DNA of 20,000 nt from an uncultured virus (IMG/VR IMGVR_UViG_3300031766_000002) (taxonomy: Duplodnaviria > Heunggongvirae > Uroviricota > Caudoviricetes): the IMG/VR virus record IMGVR_UViG_3300031766_000002; one strand, written 5' to 3'. Position 1 is the first letter of the stretch; each line of letters opens with the position of its first letter. Of the stretch, positions 13,964-20,000 are shown one piece after another. Made by a program: the position numbers and the translations under genes. The notes beneath the pieces were generated by a model, which saw only the letters and a program-made list of their open reading frames with translations, did not search any database and was not told where the DNA came from.

Positions 13964-15656
13964 AATTAAAGTATTAGTTCAATCTAATTATTCCCGCATG
14001 GTTACGGGATTTGGGAAGAATATGAAAAATATTCTTCTCGCTCTCCATAAAGACCCCGACATTGAAGTAATTGAAGCTGCAAATGGAGTACAGTATGGTC
14101 GTGATATATGCACTCCTTGGGAATCTTATGGAACATATCCTTCGGACCAAAAAACTTTAACTGAAATAGAGAAGGAGCCAGCAAGAAAGAGGGCTGCTCA
14201 GTATGGATTCTACACAATAGATAAAATTGTAGAAAAAGTTAAACCAGATATATTTTTAGGAATCGAAGATGTCTGGGCATTCAAAGAATACGAAAAAAAA
14301 TCTTGGTGGAATGAAACAAAAAAAATAATTTGGACAACCTTAGATAGCTTACCTATTTTGGATCAAGCTATCGAAATGGAACCAAAATGTGACCAAATGT
14401 TGGTTTGGGCTAGCTTCGCTGAAAAGGCGATGAAGGAGCTTGGTCATGAGACAGTGGAGACTGTTCACGGAGCTGTAGACTACAGTCACTTTAAACCTCT
14501 AGATAACAGAGAAGAACTTCGGAAACTTCACGGTCTGCAAAAAGACTTTGTAATTGGATTTGTTTTTAAAAACCAACTTAGGAAATCTGTCCCGAACCTC
14601 CTTGAAGGATTTAAAAAATTCAAATTAAAAAATCCAGAGGTTCCAGCGAAACTCTTACTCCACACAGATTGGGGAGAAGAACATCACGGATGGAATATAC
14701 CAAGATACCTAAAAGAAAAAGATCTTGAAGATGGAAGCGTCTTGGCAACTTATGTCTGCCACAAATGCGATGATTACTTCGTCCAGCCATATTTTGGAGA
14801 AGACAAAGATTGTTCTTCTTGCGGTTCTAAAAAATCTGTAAAAACAAAAAATAGTGGCAAAGGGGTTGGAGAGAAGGAGTTGAATGAACTGTATAACATG
14901 ATGGACGTTTACTGTCATCCATTCACAAGTGGAGGGCAAGAATTGCCCATTCAAGAAGCTAAAGCTGCTGGTCTCATTACTCTCGTCACAGACTACTCTT
15001 GTGGGACTGACTCTGCATATGAGCATCAAGGTGGGATTCCTTTAGATTGGAATGAATATAGAGAACCCAGTACTCAGTTCATCAAAGCCACAACATGCCC
15101 AGATAGTATTTGTGAGAAACTACAGCAAGTTTACGAAATGGACGAAGAGTCTAAATCCAAATTAATCGAAACTGGCAAAAAATACGTCCAAGAAAATTTC
15201 TCAGTTCAAAACACAGTAGAGAGATTAAAATATTTTATTAAATCAGTTGAATTAAAAACAGAAAAGAAGGGCGAAGAAGAATCAAAAGTTGAGAAGCCAA
15301 AATTAGAAGACTTCCTAAAAGATGTGCCTCTCAAAGATAGAATTGCTGTAGTTCTTCCAAGATCAGCAGGAGATGTCTTAATGGCGAATTCTTTAATGGA
15401 AAATCTTCACAACCTCTATCCTACTAAAAAAATATTCTTCGTTACCCAGCCAGAATTTTATGACTTAATAAATGACAATCCTTTTGTCTATAAAGTGATA
15501 CCGTATTCCGACTCTCTTGATAATATGTATGTCCTTGAAGGCAGGGGTAACCATGAAGGTCTTTTTGATATTGCTTTCTTACCACACTGCATGACTCAAA
15601 AAACATACAGTTACAATCACAACGGAAAAGATAAAACTCAATTTAGATTAAGATGA
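13944..15656 (+). CDS. GT4-like glycosyltransferase with zinc-ribbon insertion and a C-terminal GT9 N-terminal half-domain
   Basis: TGFGKNMKNILLAL, HGAVD, VIGFVFKNQLRKSVPNLLEGF, LYNMMDVYCHPFTSGGQELPIQEAKAAG, an insert CHKC...CSSC, and C-terminal IAVVLPRSAGDVLM...NPFV. The start is one of three tandem ATGs (13944/13947/13950) after GAGGA, not TTG 13932. Confidence 0.82.
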   Translation: MMMSRSKIKVLVQSNYSRMVTGFGKNMKNILLALHKDPDIEVIEAANGVQYGRDICTPWESYGTYPSDQKTLTEIEKEPARKRAAQYGFYTIDKIVEKVKPDIFLGIEDVWAFKEYEKKSWWNETKKIIWTTLDSLPILDQAIEMEPKCDQMLVWASFAEKAMKELGHETVETVHGAVDYSHFKPLDNREELRKLHGLQKDFVIGFVFKNQLRKSVPNLLEGFKKFKLKNPEVPAKLLLHTDWGEEHHGWNIPRYLKEKDLEDGSVLATYVCHKCDDYFVQPYFGEDKDCSSCGSKKSVKTKNSGKGVGEKELNELYNMMDVYCHPFTSGGQELPIQEAKAAGLITLVTDYSCGTDSAYEHQGGIPLDWNEYREPSTQFIKATTCPDSICEKLQQVYEMDEESKSKLIETGKKYVQENFSVQNTVERLKYFIKSVELKTEKKGEEESKVEKPKLEDFLKDVPLKDRIAVVLPRSAGDVLMANSLMENLHNLYPTKKIFFVTQPEFYDLINDNPFVYKVIPYSDSLDNMYVLEGRGNHEGLFDIAFLPHCMTQKTYSYNHNGKDKTQFRLR

Positions 15657-16762
15657 GCCACCTAATAGAAGTTTATGCAAAAGACTTAGGAGTTAAGATC
15701 GGTAAACCACATTTTAAACCCCACTTTTTTCCTATCCTTGAGGAGAATTATATTACCATTCATAATGATAATAAAGTTCAATCTAAAGATTATGATTATT
15801 GGGAAGATGTTATCTCTTTAGTGAAAGCTAAATGTCCAGATATTAAGTTTATCCAAATAGGCTCTGGGAAAGAACCAAAAATTCGAAATGTCACAAAATT
15901 TTTGGGTACTCCCAACATTAAGCAGTCAGCTTACATAATTAAAAATGGGCTGATGCATGTTGGCACAGATAGTTTGCCAGTCCACATTGCTTCATCTTTT
16001 GATAAGCCTATCGTCGCAATATACGCGCACACACACGCTTCTACTTGTAGCCCAGTCTGGGGTGCAAAAAAGAACCATACAATAATTGAGTCTCATAGAA
16101 ACGGTAAGAAACCATCGTATTCTTTAAAAGAGAACCCCAAACAAATCAACTTGATTAAACCAGAGCAAATAGCCAACGCTATTCTCAAAAAATTAGGCAA
16201 AAACAAAAGCTCCAGAAAAACAATTTTTATTGGGGATAAATATAAAGAAGATTTCATCCACGTTATACCAGATCATAAATATGATGCATCTTCCAAGAAG
16301 ATAGTTATTAGGTTTGACTTACTTCATAATGAAGAAAATACCCTTCACTTATTCAAAAATAATAAAATCTCAATTGTTACCAACAAACCTTTGGGTGACG
16401 AAATTTTAAATCAAAAAAATATAAACTGTATTAATTATTTCTCTGATCGTTTCGATGAAGACTTTATTGTACAAGCAAAAAAGAAAGGGGTTTCTTTGCG
16501 TCTGTTTTGTACAAACGAAGAGACTCTCAAAGAAGAGAGATATAAGTTTTTTGATGACCAGATTTCCTTAATCGACGAATCTAAAAAAATAGAAGGTACA
16601 AAAAAATTAGTAACCCTTCCTAAAAATAATTTAAAGATAAAATCTTATACAATTTATTTCAAGAATGGAAAGGCATATCACTCTCTTTTCGAAGCTAACG
16701 ACAAACAAAATTTAGACGATATTTTCGTTGACTTAGATAAACTTATGCTCTATAGTGATTGA
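15653..16762 (+). CDS. GT9 C-terminal half-domain protein with an additional unknown C-terminal domain
   Basis: YITIH, KDYDYWEDVI, FIQIGS, MHVGTDSLPVHIASSFDKPIVAIY and INLIKPEQI. Lacks the N-terminal GD domain. ATGA-coupled to the previous gene. Confidence 0.75.
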   Translation: MSHLIEVYAKDLGVKIGKPHFKPHFFPILEENYITIHNDNKVQSKDYDYWEDVISLVKAKCPDIKFIQIGSGKEPKIRNVTKFLGTPNIKQSAYIIKNGLMHVGTDSLPVHIASSFDKPIVAIYAHTHASTCSPVWGAKKNHTIIESHRNGKKPSYSLKENPKQINLIKPEQIANAILKKLGKNKSSRKTIFIGDKYKEDFIHVIPDHKYDASSKKIVIRFDLLHNEENTLHLFKNNKISIVTNKPLGDEILNQKNINCINYFSDRFDEDFIVQAKKKGVSLRLFCTNEETLKEERYKFFDDQISLIDESKKIEGTKKLVTLPKNNLKIKSYTIYFKNGKAYHSLFEANDKQNLDDIFVDLDKLMLYSD

Positions 16763-16763
16763 A

Positions 16764-17537
16764 ATGAGTGATAAAAAAATTTACGGACCTGATCTTTATA
16801 AGCGTAACGAGCATGGACTTTTAGAAAACGCAGAATACGAATTTAATGAGGATGGCTCTGTAAATTGGAGGGCTATGATTAAGCCAGAGTTTCTTTATCC
16901 AAATAAAGATTGGTTTGAAGCTCGCAAAAAAGATGCGCCTACCTCTCCAGAAGGATTGGATGACAAGCAGCTTTTGATTATGTTGGGTGGGATTAAAGAG
17001 TTGGCTCGACTCAGGGGATTTGAAGGCGTTTCATTTGAAACTAGCCACCTTAGCGACACTTATGTTGTGGCTACTTGTGAAATAATTTGGTCCCCCAACT
17101 ACGAAAGTAATAGTGAACGAATTGTCTACCAAGATGTTGCTAATGCTACATTACAAAATACAGGGTCTTTCGCAGCAAAGTTTTTAGAGACTATTGCTTG
17201 CAATAGAGCTTTTGTGAGATGTGTTCGTAACTTCTTAAACATTCACATCGTGGGAGCTGATGAGATTGATAAATCAAAAGGAGCTGTCAATTCTCAATCA
17301 GTTGAATCTTCTAACGATGAAAACATAGGTAAGATTCTTTCTCCTCACGCAAGACTATTCCAAGATTGGCAAGATCTTGCTGGTGGAGGTAACAATTTTA
17401 ATGACTTTAAACAAACTCTTCGTCACTTATGGACAAAAGATATTTATCAAAACGAAGAGGCTAAAAATTGGAATGATTTTAGTGACATCCCAGTGAAAGA
17501 AGTTCGAAAGATAAGGGCTGCTATCAGAAAGTTATAG
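16764..17537 (+). CDS. Putative Rad52/Sak-like single-strand annealing protein
   Basis: LGGIKELA helix, three-strand sheet (VSFE, YVVATCEIIW, IVYQDVANA), then helix ETIACNRAFVRCVRNFLNI followed by DEID. This resembles the AxtRAxxRAlrxxlxI...xEm core of annealases. Start re-called to ATG 16764. Confidence 0.55.
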   Translation: MSDKKIYGPDLYKRNEHGLLENAEYEFNEDGSVNWRAMIKPEFLYPNKDWFEARKKDAPTSPEGLDDKQLLIMLGGIKELARLRGFEGVSFETSHLSDTYVVATCEIIWSPNYESNSERIVYQDVANATLQNTGSFAAKFLETIACNRAFVRCVRNFLNIHIVGADEIDKSKGAVNSQSVESSNDENIGKILSPHARLFQDWQDLAGGGNNFNDFKQTLRHLWTKDIYQNEEAKNWNDFSDIPVKEVRKIRAAIRKL

Positions 17538-20000
17538 CCCAAGGTAGTTTTTCTGTTTTGCAGAAAAATTAACATTAGACCTAGTAGCTAAGGCTGCTCT
17601 TTGACCATCGTTGATGAGTAGTTGTTCATCAGGCTTTAATAGCTTCACTGTTGAGTTTTGAATCGTTGTTGTAACTCCAGAACTGCCAAACTTAAGTGAT
17701 AAGCCAGAGAGTGTGATATCGAAAACACTTGGTAAACTAATACCTACTATAGTCCTACTAGAAGTTGCGTTTCTTTGACTATTAGATTGTCTAGCTGAAA
17801 AGTTAGCAGCTTCTAACGCTTTAATATCCGAAATCTTTCCATTCTTTGTGTCAAGGCTTATGGGGCATAACGGATCACCTGAAGCACCGTTTGTCTTAAC
17901 ATTGAAGTATCTTATATCAAATCTTTCGGCTATCTCTGCGAGTTTTTCAGCAGCAGCGTCAAGAGATGCTTGCCTTCTGGATCTTGCTTCTTCTTTTTCT
18001 CTACTTTCATCTGTCTCTTCTTCATCTGTTGGTTGTCTAACTCTAGTATAGTAAGCTTTTTGTGTATTCGGAGCATCTTTGGTCACTTCCTTAAGGTTGT
18101 CAAATAACGTAATAGATTGTTTTATTAGATGATCAACAGATGCCTCAAATTTTGGGCTGAATCCAAAAAAGTTTTCATTAGTGTGAGGGTTTTTTATGTA
18201 AACAAAATTTTCATCATTAATATCTTCATAATCAAAATCTTTTTTAGGTTTATTAGCAGACAACCTTTGGTTCCCCTTTACTACTCCAACAAAACCATAT
18301 GATCCTCCTATCCCAGAAGAATCTGAAGTACCAAATAAATCTGATAGCTTCTTATCACCGTTACCATGTAGCTCTAATACTGATTGCAATGTTTGAAGCC
18401 CATCTACATTTTTAATTTCAGTGTCTTCAATATCAAAAGGACCAGATATGCTCATATCTGAGCTTCCCCATGACATCCTTCTAGCTTTATATCTTGAGAA
18501 TTTGTTGGACACAAAAATAGAACTAGACGCTAAATCAAAAAAATCTTTTATACTTTGAAATATTTTATTCCTAGATGGAAGAGGCAATCTTCCCCCCTCA
18601 GTGACCCCATCAACTTTTTTTCTAAACGTTATATATTTTCCCGTTTTTAAATCAAATTTCCCATCCCACTCCTTTGCCATATACTCTAGAACTGTCGTAC
18701 CAGCGATAGACTTACCCCATGTACATGATTTTCCGTCACGGATTCTATCTGAATCTTCCCAATACTCACCCCATTTAATACTATTTGCTTTATCTTTATA
18801 GGTGGCATAATGAGCTAAAGCATCGAAAGTAAACGAATCAAATTTACCAGAAAGATATAATCCATAATACAATTTCAACAAACTTACAGGAACTGTTAAA
18901 ATCTTACGAAACCTCCCCATTTCAATCTTGTGGAACCGAACATATCTTTGGCCTTCGCCAAATTCAAAAGTTTGAGTTCTTTTCTCAATTGTTGAACCAA
19001 AGGCATTAACTATCTTTGGAGATAGTTTACTTTGAGTGAATGAAGCGTTTAAGAATTTTTTCTGAACATCCGCTGGCTGTTCAAATGGATTTATTATAGG
19101 CAATAGAGAAGCAGAAGCTGAATTTATGAATTTTATCTGTCCAAATCCAAATGGATCGACAAACCAATAGTAACCATATTTAGAAGCAATGCTTGATGCT
19201 ATAGAATCTAAAGTTCCAGACTCACTAAACAAAACTTCATCTGTAGATGATTCTGGTAGTCCTACCAAGTTAATCCCAGCTAAAGCAAAACCCTGCTTTG
19301 CTTCATTTAGAGTATAACCAAAATTCAAGTCGTAATTACTTAAATCTGGACTTGTTTTATAAAAAACACTTACCTTATCTTCATTGAAGCTTAACTTATC
19401 TTTTAATTGGTTACTTTGGTAAACTAAGGAGGTTTTAACTCCATCAGAATTTACAGAACTCTCTTCATTATAAACATTCCCAATTGCTATAACTCCACTG
19501 CTATTTAGTTTCTTGGGCCTCCTGAAAGGGAACCTCTGTTCAGAAACTGTTATTGGGCTATTAGGTAATTCACTAAAATAAGGAATAATTACCTGTGATC
19601 CAGATCCATAAGAGGCTCTAGGGTTAGAAGAACCTAATCCATCTAACGTCCTTCCAGATCCACCAGTTAATATATTTCTAGACCTTCTTGAAAAACCTAC
19701 CCCAGAAACTCCCTTGTCATGAGGGTGACAGTCTCTACCCCTGACAATAAAACAGTGAGATTTTAATCTTAGAGATGTTGAATCTTGATATTTTCTAGAA
19801 ACTGTTTTTTGATTACCATCTTGTTGTACGGTCTTCTCAACTTCTATGAAATTCTTCATCAAGTTTTGAATTTTTTCATTAGAAAATGTAGTCCTTCCAG
19901 CACTAGAACCGATTAATGTACCAAGTTCGCTTTCTGAATCAGATAAATCTTTTGCGTTCACAACGCTCTGAACACTTACAGAATGATTACCCCCTGAGCT
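17532..20000 (-). CDS. Large probable virion structural protein (tail/baseplate hub-like); 5' end lies beyond the window
   Basis: The frame stays open from the ORF-track GTG (19961) to 20000 (SSGGNHSVSVQSV). GTLDSIASSIASKYGYYWFVD..GQIKFI and the C-terminal LSGLSLKFGSSGVTTTIQ resemble phage hub/late-control-D type proteins. Confidence 0.55.
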   Translation of the reverse strand, partial: SSGGNHSVSVQSVVNAKDLSDSESELGTLIGSSAGRTTFSNEKIQNLMKNFIEVEKTVQQDGNQKTVSRKYQDSTSLRLKSHCFIVRGRDCHPHDKGVSGVGFSRRSRNILTGGSGRTLDGLGSSNPRASYGSGSQVIIPYFSELPNSPITVSEQRFPFRRPKKLNSSGVIAIGNVYNEESSVNSDGVKTSLVYQSNQLKDKLSFNEDKVSVFYKTSPDLSNYDLNFGYTLNEAKQGFALAGINLVGLPESSTDEVLFSESGTLDSIASSIASKYGYYWFVDPFGFGQIKFINSASASLLPIINPFEQPADVQKKFLNASFTQSKLSPKIVNAFGSTIEKRTQTFEFGEGQRYVRFHKIEMGRFRKILTVPVSLLKLYYGLYLSGKFDSFTFDALAHYATYKDKANSIKWGEYWEDSDRIRDGKSCTWGKSIAGTTVLEYMAKEWDGKFDLKTGKYITFRKKVDGVTEGGRLPLPSRNKIFQSIKDFFDLASSSIFVSNKFSRYKARRMSWGSSDMSISGPFDIEDTEIKNVDGLQTLQSVLELHGNGDKKLSDLFGTSDSSGIGGSYGFVGVVKGNQRLSANKPKKDFDYEDINDENFVYIKNPHTNENFFGFSPKFEASVDHLIKQSITLFDNLKEVTKDAPNTQKAYYTRVRQPTDEEETDESREKEEARSRRQASLDAAAEKLAEIAERFDIRYFNVKTNGASGDPLCPISLDTKNGKISDIKALEAANFSARQSNSQRNATSSRTIVGISLPSVFDITLSGLSLKFGSSGVTTTIQNSTVKLLKPDEQLLINDGQRAALATRSNVNFSAKQKNYLGL

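Noticed and set aside
300..18801. Short ORFs in the track that are nested in or antisense to longer genes (300-509, 2439-2657, 4441-4764, 5816-6007, 6297-6491, 7248-7517, 8213-8404, 8458-8724, 9206-9421, 9280-9567, 9859-10083, 10901-11170, 10960-11151, 11273-11491, 12445-12636, 13042-13251, 13495-13707, 14002-14217, 14709-15029, 17848-18051, 18601-18801)
   Set aside because: They overlap well-supported genes in another frame or strand, show no recognisable motifs, and have shadow-ORF composition. 7248-7517 is the antisense shadow of the acidic mini-ORF region.
1..20000. Stop-codon reassignment, as seen in some large phages
   Set aside because: Recognisable genes are full length in the standard code, and TAA, TAG (gmd) and TGA (recA) all end genes.

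Overview
Gene-dense, AT-rich segment of a large dsDNA bacteriophage, probably an environmental myovirus-like phage (inferred from gene content). It uses the standard genetic code and has many ATGA-coupled genes. Replication, recombination and nucleotide genes: RecA/UvsX, a Vsr/DUF559-like nuclease, NrdA and NrdB of the NrdAi/NrdBi (class Id-like) type without an ATP-cone, a putative Whirly/PC4-fold SSB ending in DDDDDVPF, and a Rad52/Sak-like annealing protein. Also present are a phage sigma-70-family factor, Hsp20 and two probable virion proteins. A large glycosylation set is interspersed: GDP-mannose 4,6-dehydratase, two FkbM-type methyltransferases, a GT2, two full GT9s, two GT4-like enzymes with degenerate EX7E motifs, and a GT9 apparently split across two adjacent genes. 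Non-coding highlights: (i) a GTGTA-W-N4-AT motif upstream of four minus-strand genes, a candidate promoter for the phage sigma factor; (ii) a structured divergent spacer between nrdB and the sigma gene, with GNA-triloop DNA hairpins, a 34-bp palindrome and a perfect TTGACA-N16-TATAAT promoter (candidate origin or leader); (iii) a terminator after hsp20 whose stem buries the Shine-Dalgarno of the next gene; (iv) a 33-aa acidic mini-ORF missing from the ORF track. All family calls come from motif recognition by eye, not database searches.
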